A stretch of DNA of 64,000 bases, taken from Catajapyx aquilonaris. Its lineage: Eukaryota. Positions 46,611 through 62,415 of this stretch are shown in pieces. Positions within the stretch are counted from its first letter, which is position 1. Each line of letters opens with the position of its first letter. Under the pieces are notes generated by a model. It saw only the letters and a list, made by a program, of their open reading frames with translations. It was not told the origin of the DNA and did no database searches. The stretch covers positions 1 through 64,000 of the forward strand of contig KZ538158.1 in NCBI GenBank assembly GCA_000934665.2. Direction: 5' to 3'. A program made the position numbers and the translations under genes.

Positions 46611-49600
46611 GTAAGTGTTTAGCTCCAACATTACAATCCGCGTGACTGGGTTTGTGTGTCAGACATATGGTGTGATGTCCCAACACATGTGTGCACTGGT
46701 TGACATCCCCCCCTCCTAAAATGATGGCCTTTTGACTGTGATAACGTGCGTTTACACACGGATAGTAAAATTGCGGATTCAGGCACATGAAGACCAGCCA
46801 CGGCGCACGTAACCCTCTTGGATAACATCTGCCTTATATTTAATGCATGGCGGTTGGAGCACTGAACCTGAATGCGTAAATCCGGGTCTGGCGTACCCAA
46901 TTTGGGAGAGCTATACCCAGGCTGCTATTGTGCGTGCAGTTTACGCAGAAGTGCACGTTATTTTGGAATACTAGGGGAAGGCTCCTAAGTTCGTCTAGCT
47001 GCAGATCTAGAGGGGAGATCAGCGGGAAGGGGAACGACCTTTTATTGCGACAACCATGTGTGTACAGCTCGGGTCCACATGTGATGCCAGAAACATGAGG
47101 AAACGTTAGACGGAGATGTAGGCTAGACCAGCTTCAAAGGAAACTGCTTTTATAGTGTGGCGCTATTAGTTCGGCCGCAAACTGTGGCCCTAATGACACC
47201 GTAGGCTAATTGTGTTGGGGGATACATTCGTGTGATTGAAAATTGGGTTGGCAATGGAGAGACTCTTGACAGTACTGGCTAGTTGTCTGAAAGTGATCAG
47301 ATGGTTTGTCAACTTAGCGACTCAATTATTGTTCTATAATTCACATTGGAAAATTTCATTCGTAAATCATATAAACGCGCAATACAAGGTGGCAAATTTA
47401 CACAATTGGGCGAGATAACTCATGTGACACACCGACATTCTGCTCGTCAGGTCGTGTGTTAAACGGACATGTAATTAACCCACTCGTACACATGGCAAGT
47501 GTGACATCATTCGTAATGGACTGAAACGCACATTTCACACGTGTCACTGGGGCTGGGGCGATATAGATATGCACACACTATCTTGTTTACTAGGCTTAAC
47601 AATAGTTGAACTAAATCCTGTTGCAATTTCGGCTACAAAATATCTTATGCAATTTAGAAACCATCAAGAGACGAGGCGTTATAAAATTACACGCAGATAC
47701 GCGCACTGATTATAAATCGCATCGTTTGCCATGCATACGATCTGGCAGAAATACCCCCCGATGACCTTCAGAATCCATGCACTCTATCAGTGTGTGTGTG
47801 TGTAGGATTTACCATGTGTTTCTGGGAACATCGATAGAATTCACCACAACTTTTTGGGGTCAAACCGCAACCCACTTTCTCTTTGCACCATGTTTAAAAA
47901 ATTGTCCGATTACCGTTATACCGTTGCTTTTAATGCGATTGACCCTATTATCGAACTACGACAGATGGTGGAACTTATGCAAGGAAACTGGGCATTTCCA
48001 CGCAAAAGCAGACATATTGTCTGTTCGTTACTCAGGTTTTGCATACATGCAATACTAATCCATTTCATGCAATGTGTGTGTGTGTATGGTTACAATAAAA
48101 TACTCAATGGTTCATGTCTGCAAAACCTGCGTAACGAACGGACAATATGTCTGGTTTTGCGTGGAAATGCCCAACTACACGACCATCTGGGGTGTGTTTT
48201 CAGGGGGGCCCCCAGCACCTGCAGGTTTATATTATAAAATGGACCCTCGCGTGATGTGTGCTGTTTTGCCCAGCGGCCATCTTTTCACTGGTCTGCCGGC
48301 CATCTAGCTAACCTGTTAAGACCGGTTAGTTTATTAGGTGGAAAATTGTGAACGCGTTTTGCTCGAGAAAGGGATATAGGCGAAATAGATATACGTGGGG
48401 CGAATGCGCGTGACATAATGATTTGTTCGTTATAGACCGCAATTTTTGTGGCGGTTTATTTATTTACGTGTTTGTGTTGGGGAAGTGGCGAATACTGACG
48501 CTGTACTGACGTCAAAAACTGATAATGCAATGGCATGTACTGTACACAGCATAATTTGCAAAAATGTCATTTCTCATTTTCTTATCAAAAGTGTTACAAA
48601 TTAATATTCAATGCTGCATGTCAGAGCATTACAAATTAATCAGTTCTGCATGTCAGTGAGACGGACGTGCATAATATGTCGATTAATTAAAAAATCGTTG
48701 AATTGAGCTAGGGCTGAAAGTGCAATTGCAGTTTGGGTGCCAGAATATGCCTCAATATGGGGGAAGGTCATTTTGAAGAATCTCAAGGACGTTGGATTCG
48801 CTTAGCAACCGAAATGCATTCCATATATAGGCTCCTGATACTGTTCAATGGCTTTCGAAACTTAGGGCTTTTGTTATACGCACGCTCTGTAATTTTCCCA
48901 TGTAAGACTCCCCGATTTTGCAAGACTCATATTCCGTCTAGTTGGCAATTATTGTGTTATGGAGACATTATTATTTAGTTAATCGGTATGAATGTTTTGC
49001 ACCTAACAGTGAGTGTACAAATAATGAAACATCAATATATGCAATGATGTAAGATTAACTTCCTAGTGGGAATGCACTACCATTTTGGACACCTCGTTGC
49101 ATCAGGTCTTTTCTGTTGGCCACGAACAGAGATGTCTGCCCAGACATATCAGTAGAAAAGCGAAAGGAAAGGCGGCCAAGCGAAGGTGACAGAGACGGGA
49201 TTAGAATTCCGGATCCTTCTTGTGGCTTAACCACTAGACCATGCCATGTTTCCTTGAATAAATTTTATTGCTACTTATGCCATTGTGCATGTCAGATTAT
49301 TTTTTTTGGGAAGCGGGAAGAGTTTGTGGACAAAGCACTTAATATGTTGAAATTCATAAGTTCATGCTTCAGAGATTATCACAAACTTTTTTTATACCGA
49401 TGTTATAAAAGAAGTCTCGCCATTGGTCACATGACGTCAATGCAGTCAGAATGACGATAAGAAATGAACTGTTGGAGGTACGAACTGTGCACTCACGAAA
49501 TGTAAGATCAATACATTGTGTACCGGCACGCAAAGGTAACGAGGTCGCCTCCCCAACTTTCTCAGAGTTCCTCATCAAGCTCCGAATTGTCCTCCTTAAT

Positions 49601-52600
49601 TGGGCTTATGAGATTAGTACCACCCGGCTACAGTCACAAAAGACATTCAGTTCGTCCCCCTCCAAATCTCAGTTTTTGATCCCATGAACTAAGATTTTTT
49701 TAAAACTCTTTACCTAATGCAGCACAACGCCCATATAAGAGGCTTCCCCACGTCACCAACTTCACCTTCACAAAAGGGCCTTATGTAAGGGCCTTGTTAA
49801 TTCTCGCTGGATGCCGCTATTAGTTCAGCTTTTCTGGCAAAGGGCATTTCCCGGCTGAATATTAAACGCAAAGTGTACAGCTTACAAGAGACGTGAGATT
49901 GGAAAAATGGGCAATATTGAAAAGGTTAAGATAGGTGTTGTGGTGAATTCAGGGTCAAGGTTTTATCAGTGAGTGTTTAAGGACGAATCAACACGTGTGA
50001 TGTCTGGGCGTGTGCAAAACCATATGTGGGAGAATGTGTGATTGTATAGCCGAGATATACAGTGAGGGTCACGTCTCCGCCCATCTTTCGTACAACAGAC
50101 GAGATCTGATTTTGCTGATTTGTTGTTGTTGTTTCTTTTTGCAAAAACCGTTTGTGCCGTTTTCTTGGTCTTGCCCACACACTTAATGAAACGTGAGGAA
50201 TGTTCTGAACGGGGTGAATAATACTGCGCAAGAAGCAGAATTTTTACGCCCCGATTGCGTAACGAGCGAGAGTTGAAGTGTGTGTACAAAACAAGGATCG
50301 TGTTTTGGATTGCGTAAACGTGACCTTTAATAACATCAAAAAGTCGTATACGTTTTGTAGTAATTTCAAGTGCGTAACCTTGACCACTTACGCGCATTTT
50401 AAGGTGTACTATACGTACGCCGAGTGTGTATCCCAAAAACCACTTGACCATGAAATGTAAAATTAAGTAATAGCCTACCAGCTCTTGGTAATACTTTTAG
50501 GTAAATTATGGCGCCTTGCCCAAGTATCCGTTTCAAATAAAGTGAAGATGTTCTGGATTGTTTATGTCGCCATCCAACTACAGCTGCATCTCTTTGAACC
50601 GGTTGCTGGAGTAAACAATCTATAACTTACACTGTTGTGCAGTGTAGTCTTCTATACAGTACTACCATGTGAAGTTCACACAAATAATATTAGTAAAATG
50701 CATAAAAATATAAATTATGTATTATACATAACCAGCGATTTTCTTGCGTTCATATACAAATGGGGCTGAGTAATGTTTTTCTAAGAATGAGTCCTTTGAA
50801 TATCTGAGGGCCGGTTGGGGATTCGAACCTGTTGCCATGTGCTTGGGGGGCTTTTTTTCATGGGGGCGAATTGGGTAGGTTACTCCCCTCCCATTCCCCC
50901 ATCCCCCTCTCCTCCTCTGTCCATGATGATGTCATGCTGCATAATGGTGAGGAAGGGCGTGCGCCAACTCAGCTCCGTATATACAGGTGAGCTGCAGGAA
51001 GAGATTTAGAAAAGGAGCTGGCTTCCCAGCCAGGTTGGCACCAGTGACTTTTATTCATACACGGGAAAACCCTTTTGTTTCACATGATGCGGGAATTTAT
51101 GTACATGTTGTAAGAACACACTGATTGTTTATTCTGAATGGAGGGATTGCAATAATAAAGTGATCAGGGTCATGACCGTCTCCCTTTTTTTTTGTTCGCG
51201 TAGGAAGGGCATTATGGGCTTATGCATTCTCACACAGTACACTTTGATAAGAGCTGATACTGGTAATCTCAAGTGACGTAAAGCAGGTATGGTAACGATC
51301 TGAAAGTATGAGATGGTGTGTTTGATGGTATAATATGCTCAACTTTATAACACTGTACAGAGCGCATTTAGCAAGGACTTTGGAGTGATTGTCACGTATG
51401 CGACACTATCATTCATCAGCTTAGAAGAAACAGACGTATCTGACATCAAGATAAAGCGTGTATAATTGTGTACTGTACAAGTTGCTGTCATTTGCTTGAG
51501 GTCCTGGATAGAACAGAGGTGGTCGTCGGATTATGCAGTGTCACCTTCGCTATAGGCTGAATAAAAAATGCGCACGAAACTGATGATTTATAGGCCAGGT
51601 TCCTTATGTTAATGAACACATTACTTGTACTTTTATACGTGACAAACAGTGGTTGTATAAGGAACGGTTTAATTTTCCCAGCCATATTTGTATTGAATCG
51701 CAATATAAGTAAGGAAGTGTCAACCTTATTTGGAATCACATATTCATTTATGTATAGAAAATAGGTTACCACGAATGTTTTAATTACAAGTATTTGCTTA
51801 CATGGTTTGGATAAAAGAGAACCGGTATCAATAATTCTTATGTATATGTAAGCCAAGTCAAACTGCACCATGGAGTGCAACCTTGCCTAGCAGGAATGAC
51901 CCAACAGGAGATGAGCTATATAGGAAAAAAAGGGGAGGGTTTTAAAATTAGTAGCAAACAGTTGCAAATTACCCTAGACCGAAGGGGGGATCCATGGGAA
52001 ACAACCCTTACGAATCAGTCGAGCAAAGAAGGAGGTAAAGGGCTGCAAGGGAAGGAAAGGAGAAGAAGAGAAGAGAGAGAGGGGGGGGGGGGATAGGGGT
52101 GAAGATTGTGTAAACAAATGAAGGTCGACCGGGGCCAGCTTATTTATGGCGTTGTTTGCAGCACAAGCTGAGGACTGGAAGCTGGAGAAGTTCAGAACTT
52201 GGAGGAGGTGTGTTCCGCTTGTATAGGACCACAGGGTGGTACCAAAGTAGCAGCCTTTTTTTAAAAAAAAGAGAAAAAAAGAAAAAGGCAACAATGATTA
52301 AAAATCTGGTGCAACATAAGCATCCATCCTGTACGTATAGCTGTCGACTTTGGGTTTATAGACAGCGATAAAGAAGGGGATCGAAGTGCAGGCATGTATG
52401 TCAGAAAATGTTCTGATGATATAGGAACAATAGGTGGTTACGTCACTATAGCAGTTGGTCAGCATGGAATTTATTTTTTTCTTTATAAAGCGAGCAATCC
52501 ATCTAGTGTCTATCTCTTCACGCTGCATTAATATTTCAATATGCTACATTTATCAGGCATCTTATTTATTAGCTTGCCCTGGCTGTGCTCGTAAATCATG

Positions 52601-55600
52601 TTGCCCATGTCCCATGTCAAATTGTCAACAACAATTCAACACCTCCTGACTACATTGTGATAGAAAGTGACGCACGACAAGAATCAGGTCGACCACATTT
52701 TCCGACCTTTTCGTTTTTATCAGAGCAGTGAACCGCAGATCACGCGTGTTGAGTGGGATTATCTCTGAAAATGGGAAAACACCGCCTCTGATGATGACAA
52801 ACCCACGCTAATGTCCGTCTATTCGACACCCGTGGGGAAAAGGTCTGCTTCATCTATAGCCGATGGTAATGACTAATGAATAACCCAATAACCTAATAAA
52901 CATGTGGCCTGAATCTCCCAGAGTTAAATGACATATCTTGGGAGTAGTAACATGAACGTCGGAGAGATAAGGACAAGAAATGTGTGGGGAAAACGTGGGG
53001 CTGGTAGCGAGCTCCATCTGTCAGCACGACTGGGAACTACATGCAGTTGGCGCCAAGCAGAAGTGTCTTGAACAATATTGTTAAAATACAGTAAATAGTT
53101 AAGGGCAACGATAATTTGGCATAAATCGGCAATCATTGGGCATCACCACTTATCCGACAGTTATTTTCCAACTAATAATTAATATTTCAAATAATACTAA
53201 TTAACAGCAATCTACAAGCTACGTGCAGATAACTTACATAATTCTGACAGTTAATATCCACAAATTAGAATATGTGCACGTAGTTATGTGTATGTAGAAT
53301 CAGGATTAAATTGAGGAAATAATATTATTTTCTACCACATGTCTGAAAAGTGTGTAGCTGGCACGACGAATACAAAATGTCGGGCTCATGTTATAGTGGA
53401 GCTAATTTATGCATGCTTCTCAGGGATAAGTTAATAAGGGCAGTGGGCACTATTCCAACCGTGGCAAATATTTGTAGTAGTGTGATGCGGGAAAGGGCCA
53501 GAGTTTTGCGCGTTTGTTTTATTACAATGTGTAGAAATATAGTTCAGCTACTATATTGGGCACCACTGATGACATTGTTCTGTGTTGAAACTTAGTGAGA
53601 AAACTGTCTCGGTAAGTCATGTGCTGCAAAAGGTCCGAGAATCCATAGATTCAAGGGCGGGTAAAGGACGGTTGTAAATACATTTGCAAGCAGCCTTTTC
53701 AAGGTTATGTTTTGCAAACTACAAATGTCATCGCGAGATTAGTCAGGACGTCGATATGGGAGGAAGTTGTGTAGTAGATTGCTCGAGCCGCCGCGCCGGT
53801 GTACTGTTTGAACTGAGAGCTGAAATTCAGAATTCTGACAATATTTCCATTATTTATTTTAGAATTATATTTCCTTTATACGAAGTAAGGTAGTACACAC
53901 AATTTGGGCTCACTTGGGTAGATATGAATTTGAAATTGTAAGTTATTTGTCCATAATATTTCCCATGTGAATTACATGCAGTCCACTATTTCATCCTAAA
54001 TATTATACTTTTCCTGCAAACAGAAAAGGTTATTTGGTGGCTCTGAACAGTCAGGATAGGCACCGGGTTACTCTAAGCAGAGAAAAGTAGACCTGTAGCC
54101 TGCTGCACACGTACGGCTACTGATAAAGAATTCTTATTCCCAAGAGAAGGCCCGCTCTATTGATTTATGCCTTCTGAATCTATTGGTGAATCAGGAGTGG
54201 GTTCAATAAGATATCGTGTCGAGGCACATGCACCCTTTAAAATACAGCCTGCGACTCAGATTTAAACAAAGCCTCATATTTTCTCAAGTCCTCTAAATTT
54301 TTAGCGAAATGTATGTTGTCACTTTGAATTTCTGCACAGTGAAATATTTTAGCTGACCCATTTTATAGTACGATATTGAGATATGGACGTACCGGTGTGC
54401 TTTTATTGCATAACCATGCAGCTATGAGGAACAATGCTGACACTGAAACGCGGTCGTGCAAAATGCCAGCAACCCACGCACAACTCCATCTGAATATTAT
54501 AATGAACCCATCTACTCAGTACTGTACACGTAATCCCCCCCCCCCCCCCNCCCCCCCCGACTAATATTAATTGTGAAAAATTCATTCCAGCCAAGGACAC
54601 AGTAAAGCTCACTTGAAAGAGTTCACGAATTGCGAATTTTCTCCAGAGGATTTAATTAAAGAAGTCAAGGCTGCACAACCAGCATCAGAGCTTAGGGAAA
54701 CGAGACCTTTTCCTGTGACTTTTTCCTCTTCCACTGCGGCACTTTTGCAGAATCGTGGTGCTCTGGAGTATTGGGACTGGGGGGGTAAGAGAGGCGGGTG
54801 AGAGCAATGCTCTTGGCCTGGTATCGAGCGAGGCTTGGCCGTGAGCCTGAGGTGCATGCAACCCACCATACACTTCTTTTTCTTTTTCTTTTTTTTGTTG
54901 AAAAAAAATAATTGAGAAGAAAAAAAGGAGGGCAGACCATCAAAAAGTCAGGTGTTGGAATTTGTGGAGTGACGGAATTGGGTCCAGTTTGTTTACTGGT
55001 TATAAATAAAAGCCGGGCTTATTTGCAGGGAGGGTATAAATAGGTGACCGCTGGTGCCACTTTTTCTGGATGGTGATTTACATTTGCTGTGATTCTAAGG
55101 TCCTTTTGGTTTGAATATCGGAACAAATGCTTTTTTAAACACAGGTCGTAAGAACCGACCTTGCGTGGTGCACTGGGAATGTGGAGTAAGAAATGTGACA
55201 TATCGTACCCAGTCTATTTGTAGCGCATCGTTTACCTCTAAAATAGCACTAGATTTCGAGTAGATACCAGGGCCTGATACAGTGCTGAGTCGAGGATACG
55301 TATATTACAGTACTGGCCTTATGGTTATACCCGGGGTTACACTAAACGAGCACTTTCGTTAATTCAGAGCAATTTACTGCATCGTACAACAGGTAGTTGC
55401 GACGAGAAGGGCGAATTTATTAGAAATCTGCTGCAGAAATGCTACCAAATTAGCATCATTTTGTACTGTACCATGCAATCTTACAGGAACACATGCAATT
55501 TGGCCTATTCTGGAACATATATCTACAAAATAATACAGTGTGCTCCAATTGCACGTCTGTTTACGTCACTATTGTGGTACAGTATTAACTATCATCAGGC

Positions 55601-58600
55601 AGTAGTCGGAATGCACCCTAGGTCACGGCCCCTTTTTTCAGATCAATTTGAAAGTGACATTTTAACCCCTCATAATTCATCGAGGATTGACAATTTATTG
55701 ATGAAAAGTGGTGGAATGCGTGGGGCGTGTTTATAGGTATAGCGGAGCTATTTGTGTACAAATTTCTCAAAATCCCAGACCAACTACTGAATATAATTTT
55801 TGCACTACTATACTTTTATTGCGTATAGAAATAGGTATTGTAGGGCCTATTAGTACTAGTCTAATGATAACATCTCCTGTGTGTTTATGGGAACAACCTA
55901 TGGCTTTTGCAAGCCTTGAACCCATGAGAAATGCGTCACGTCAGTGTCGTAAAAAAGAATCCAGGTAACATTACTAACCTGGAAGACAGGGCGATGTCAA
56001 AACAAAAAAAAATGGGGTGACCCAAAAAATGCCATAACTTAGGGGGTTGTTTTTGGCGTGGGTACGGGTTTGGCCCAGACCCTGTCAGAAGATTACGGAA
56101 GCTGCCGGCAGGGGGAGTGGTGGATGAGTGGGGTAAGAAGAGGCATTTTTTGGGGTGACTCCCAAAGATTCATTGCTGTGTGCAGATGTGTCGGGACATG
56201 AGTGCGTGCACGTCATACCGACACACAAGGTGCTTCCCTGTCATCAAGGAAGGTGTAAGTCCGGCCACAATTTTTTGCGACATTTTCACTATTTTTTATA
56301 TAGGGGGACTTCGAAAAATGGTTGGGGGAAATTGGGAGGCGGAGATTCTTGTCCTTCGGCTTTTGTGTGCAAAGACTTCTTGGCGGAGTGGCTGGCTGGG
56401 TGCCATCAGTGTGCGAAAATGGCCGGATGTTCTGGGGTGACGTGAACTGTGCTTCATAGACAATTGCGGGGTTTTGCGCTGGAAAGTGTGGAACACTCGG
56501 AGCTAATCAGGGGATAATTGGACCCTTATTTGCGTCAAAGATGAGCTGCTAATATTGGAAGCAGCTGAATGTTGAGACGCAATGTGCAACATTTGGCAAG
56601 CACGCGGTGGTTGTACTGCCGGCCATGAAGCAGTCACATGGCATATGTGTACAATGTAATATTGAAAAAATAATGATTGTAGATTTCATACATTACGTGA
56701 CATGCCATTGATTTAATATTTCCTCTTATTATGTCTCTATAAATATTATATGAGGCGAAATTAAGTTCTGATATTAAAATACCGTATGCGCAATTATTAG
56801 CGTGCCAGGGGGGAGGAAAGGCGGAAACGGCGTGTAAAAGCCTTCCATTATAGTACAGTGCATTTGTGCTCGAGCTAGTGCATATAATGCACCCTAGGGG
56901 AAGGCTCTGGTTTGCAAAACCTGGTATTTTACAGCGCATAAAAGCACCAGCCATGTCGCACGAACATATTGGCAGACGTCAAAGAGCGGAATAAAAACAG
57001 CTGTTACGAGCCCAAGTTGGCTAGCCGAAGCGAAAAATATGCATTAAAATTTACCCAGGTGTATTTAAGGCTCAGTTTCACCAATACAAGTGAAGGAGAA
57101 AATCTGTATTACATAGTCTGACAGGTTCGTTCATACATTCAATTGTTGCATCATCACAAAGTAAGATAAAACTGATTATGCACAGGCTATTACGAAAACC
57201 AGTATATAATTGGAGATTGTGATATTTTCTATTACAATAAATTAGTAAGCGAATAAATAAATTGCTATATTAGTGACATTGTGTGGGAGTACCCTTTTCA
57301 TTTGCATACTATGCCGCATGGAAATACCCCAAGGTTACTAACACAATGTTTGCAAAATACCAAAAAATTGCGAAAATCTGTCAACTCTAAATATACACCG
57401 TATTGTAAAACGGCGAAAGTCTATACCTTGTATGGAAGGATCCGATTTAGTGCTATTGATTGCACCTCCCCCTCCCTCCTCCCCTTAAAGGGCAAGGACC
57501 GGCGCTGAAGCCAAATTTACCCTTTGCAAATTGAAAAATTTTAGTCCCATCATTTGTGGTCCCCCCCACTTCTCTCAACCCCCCCCCCTTAAAAAAATCT
57601 CCCCCTCTCGTTTAGAAAGAAGCATCTTTCTGGGTCATTACTCTGCAGAGTTGCGCAGTGGTCAACTTACAACCGGGCCTAACTCCGCCATGTTACCAAG
57701 CCCTATCGACACGTGCCCAACGTCTAAAAAAATTTCGTTCATTCTCCTAGCAACCCCCTTCAACTTCTGATATATGTAGGATTGCCCCCCCTTTCCCCCC
57801 CTTGCCAACAAAAACGGATCGAAATTCGGCAACGCCTGCCTGAAGGCCGCGGCTAAAGGCAGGCCCCTCTCCAGCTGTAGTTGGTGGGGAGTCCCCCAGT
57901 TGGGAACAGGGAGTCTTCGGGAGTTGTTGCCTCAGAATCTCTGGAAGGATCATGGCTTGGTACTATTGCTGAGGGTGAGTGGTCATTGGCTGGGAGGATG
58001 CCGGTGTGTCTCGTGCGATGTACCGGTTTTTGTGACGTCAGAACTTGCGGATTGTGTGGCACATGGGTGTGGTGCTAATGAGCCATTTTTTGGGAGGAGA
58101 TTTTGTAGGGTGACCCCCAAGCGACCCTGTTGCACGTCATTGCATGATAGGAGAGGGCTAGGGTTACAGTCGTTGCACTATGCAGCAATAGACCGTCTAT
58201 TAGTGGGAGGGATTATCGTTTTTAGATAAGCGAAAAATTGAGGTTAGTTATTTTAATTGAGTTGTTCTGAATTTATATGGAAATGTCATTTATGTTAATT
58301 TACTGTGTAGGCTATACAGTTTTGTTCCGCAAAAATATCGTACAATATGTCTGATGTGCACTGAAAATTATGGATAAAACAAAATTTTCGAAATAGGCAC
58401 GCACCATATGCACATAGAGTAAAAAATGGACACCCCCACAACAAATAAAATAATATAAAATGTAAGGAAAATATTTTTTGAAAATGCCTCAAGCACTCTG
58501 ATTATGCTGTGATTAAATTGAGTAAATATAATAATTACCCCGCGATTAATTAATTAATTAATTAAGTCTAATCCCCCATGATAAGCCTATGGCATATTAT

Positions 58601-58659
58601 AGGATTAATATTTAAATAACTGACTCGATTCGATTTCTGCGCAGTGATGAATTTTATAA

Positions 58660-58760
58660 CAGAGCGAACAAACACATCGAAACACTTTCCACATGAAAAA
58701 AAAAGTCCCGGGGATCGAACTCGGGACGTCAAAAGGTGGAAGCTAAGGACCACCGTGCCC
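58660..58760 (-). mobile_element. Degenerate family A SINE head
   Basis: Reverse complement CTTCCACCTTTTGACGTCCCGAGTTCGATCCCCGGG..ATGTGGAAAGTGTTTCGATG matches ~1555-1625. Confidence 0.7.
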
Positions 58761-61700
58761 GTTCTAAATAAATAAAGCATGCTGTCTGCTGACTGCCGCT
58801 GCGTTATTTGAATAATAAATAAATGGCATAAGTTTCTCCGTGCCAGTTTCATTTATACGGCTACACATTACAAAACCAGCCATTTTTGCCAGATGTGCTC
58901 AAAAATAGAACTAGATCAAGCACGTAGCCCGTCCCCGCAGCAGTTATCAGCCAATGTGCATGCCACAACTGGGCCCTCACTTTTTAGTATTATTGTGCAC
59001 ACAACTGTAATGCTGCCATAATTTGTATTTAGTGGTCGTTGAACCTACGTTGCCATGCACCTACGACACCCACAAAACTCGCCTATTTTTCACCCCTCCA
59101 AAAAAAAAAATGGCCAAAAATCACCAGGTAATTCTTATCATTGGAGAATGGCACAATCTCCGTTATAATATGGAATAATGCTTGTGCTGCTCCTGCTGTA
59201 GATCGATAGTCCGGCACTGGAAGCCCCTCCCCTCACCATCTGACTCAGTATGGTGTATGCTGTATGGTGTATATACACCCCAGATATAATAGAAAAGAGG
59301 GGGGGTTATATGTCGAGAGGGGGGATTGGATGGGGTTAAAAGCGATCACGCGAGCAAAATATGTGTACCATCTGAGCAAAGCCAGATGCGTCTGGCCATA
59401 TTTTCGGTGTGAATTATTCAACTTATTTGTACGCGAGGGTTCTGACAAACATTGGCACATTCGATGTCGTACCGCATGTTGGAATATTGAAGCGCAGGTT
59501 AGTAATTTTTTTGGGAGGGTGGGTTTGACGTCATGGTGTCAATGGAGCGTGTGATTCGCGAAATTTTGCGGATCCCTCCAGGCGAGGAGGATGCTCTTTT
59601 GAGAACCAAATATCCATAGATTTCAAGCGGTTTGGAAGCGATCTATTATGGGTTACATGTCAGTCTGTGCATATACGACTATAAAAATGAAACATGTCAG
59701 TTTGTACTATGTAACGATGTTACTCGGCCACTTTTGCCATACGTTTACATATTTTTGAATGGTTTGGTGTAAATTATGAGGTGAATTTTGAATGGAAAAG
59801 TTATTGCATAAAGCAGCACAGTGCCTCATGTATAATAATTTGGTGGCGTTACCTACCCGTTTTTATTATACGTTGTGTAAATTCAGAGCTAGCCCAAGTC
59901 TGAAAGTTTAAAAGGAAACAAAATATTGTTTATCACAGAGGTGCAACTAAATTACTACACTTGAATTCCCTCGACCTTGATGCATCTAAACAGCAATGCT
60001 ACACATTGTTTGCCGAGTGCTCAGGTTTACTTTTATTTTCGCTGCAGCCGATGTTTACTTGTTTGTAAAATTTGGTATGCGATGGTTACGACAGTGCAGT
60101 GGTAGGCTCTGGCAGTGGGCCTATACGGACCCAAATGCCAGTTGTTACAATACAGGACGTGTGTATATAATTGTTGCGTAATATTGAGACGTGCAAAAAA
60201 TTGGGTTGGAAAATGTATGTTCGCAGACATGTTGCTCTTGATTTTTTAATATTTTTAAATCGACATCGGCTATATAACAAGTCGATAAGAGAGTTCTGGT
60301 CTGGTCAGTATTTTGATTGATTCTTATGGGCGGGAGGTCGAAAGGACACGTAAACAAGGATATATTATCATGTGCAGCCCGGCAATGTTATTTTCTCGGC
60401 ACTGAAACACTTGCCAATGCCAATGACAGCGCTTATGATTTATTCGCATGAATTTTATATCACTGTAATAACGATCACTATCCACTCCCTAATGATGAGC
60501 TGTTTACTCCAGCAACCATTGTTGCATCTATCTGGTTGCTTGAGTAAACAATCGCCGTTGAAATGAGGAAGGCCCTGTCTATACCGTTTTTAATAAATTT
60601 GAGTTAGCTGACAAACCTTTGAAGTTTGTGATAGAATAATTCAGTTAGTAGGTACCTACCCCTGACGTACTCAACGCTGTGCAAATATAGACCAAACGAG
60701 GCGGGACACCTGCAGGAGTCATGAGTTCCAAGTATTTCTGGCAAACCCACGTAAATTTAATAACAAAGTGTACCTACAGCATTTGAACATAAATGCAAAT
60801 TTATGCATCCTCCCTGAAAGCGACCATGAAGATTTTACACCATTTTCAGGCATGCTAACGTGTCACTTCTCTAGTCCTTATATTTCGCAAGTTGACAGGA
60901 TGGCCGTCAGGCTGTCTGGAGGTAAAAAAGGATGGTGGGTGGGTGGGTAGGGGTGCACTTCAGAGACAATGAAAGAAGTGAGGGGGGGTAGGGGGGGGGA
61001 CCCACCAAAATCCGCAAATTCATGGTACCAGTCCTCCTCTTTAATAGCCTTGGCCCCTAGCCAGAGTCACGTGAGGGACCCAGCCTGCCAAAACACGCTG
61101 TTTTCCAATCCTCTGACGTCACTGGGTGGGCCACCACCAAAATGTTAGACCAGGGAAGGGAGCTCGATTGTTGCCTTTTTATTTTTTGAATTTAAAAAAT
61201 AAAAATGTTGCATAGCGCAATAAGTGTATGTGAAGCCTGCGGTTTGGCCGGGCTTCCCTTTGATAGCCAGCCTTGAACATAGGGAGTTACAGATTGCATT
61301 GCTATGAATCCGGATGCATTACACAGGGTTGATTCCCTGTCGTCATGAAACTGGGTCCGCTTATAAACCCCTCTCGATAGAGAGATGTTATTGGAGAGCT
61401 AAATATACGGTGGAAATTTGAGGGTTGCGCAACCCCGTAATGCTTTTTTGGCAACTTGTCCTGAAGGTCAAGAAGCTTTCGGAATGTAGGAAGAGCATGG
61501 CTGAATTTTTGGGATCGAGTGTGAATGGATTGGGCTTACTTGACGTAATTAGGCTGCAATTTTTGTCGACAATTGGACATTAAGTTAACCCACATATGCC
61601 TGAATTATTTCTTTTGTGTAATTGAAATTTTAAGCAAATGAACACAAATGTCATGACTAAAAAAGAACAACTTTCCCTGCATATATATGACGCTAGGCGT

Positions 61701-62264
61701 ATTTGGGATTATGCCATTTTTTTTTGTAATATTTTAGAAATATTTTGTTGCCTCAATTTTGTATGTAACTGCTGGTCGTGCGAACACAAATTAGGAGCAA
61801 ATATTTTGTGGTCGTTCTTTCCGGCGGGGGTTTACCTTTTGTGGAAACCGGAAGTGGCCTCATGACAAATGACGATGGTTTACAGAGAGGTAAAGTCCAC
61901 TTTGGCCGGTCCTGTCCGATCGATCCATTTTTCGATCCGGTGGACCTCGTCACGCCATGATATCTGCACCAGACATGTAATTTTGCTAAATAAACTGGGC
62001 AATGCCTCAGGAGATGTTGAGGGTTTATTATATGAGGGGTTATCGACCCCGATTCATAAAGTGTGGCACTTTAAGTTTTCATAAATTACGGAGCAAGTGT
62101 CTGCCAACTGTAATTCATTAAAAAAAAAAATCAGCAATATGCCATAGTGTACTGACCTATTTCAAACACTGAAGCCGACTTTGCACCGATTTATCTCCAC
62201 TTTTTTTGTACGAATTAAAAAAATTGTGGGTTTTGTGTGATATTGTGCTGATATGTGCCACAAT

Positions 62265-62415
62265 AGGCAGCATCGTGGCATAGTGATTTGGGTCACGGCC
62301 ATGCCACTTCTGAGGTCACATTCGATTCCCGGACACCCTAATTTACCTCATTAAAAAATATGGGTTCTCTCCGTATAGTCGGAATCGTATCATTTCACAG
62401 AAATCCATCATTAAC
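62265..62415 (+). mobile_element. Highly degenerate family A SINE
   Basis: GTGGCATAGTG..TTCGATTCCCGG..ATGGGTTCTCTCCGT..AAATCCATCA in the same order as in 1519-1775. Confidence 0.5.
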
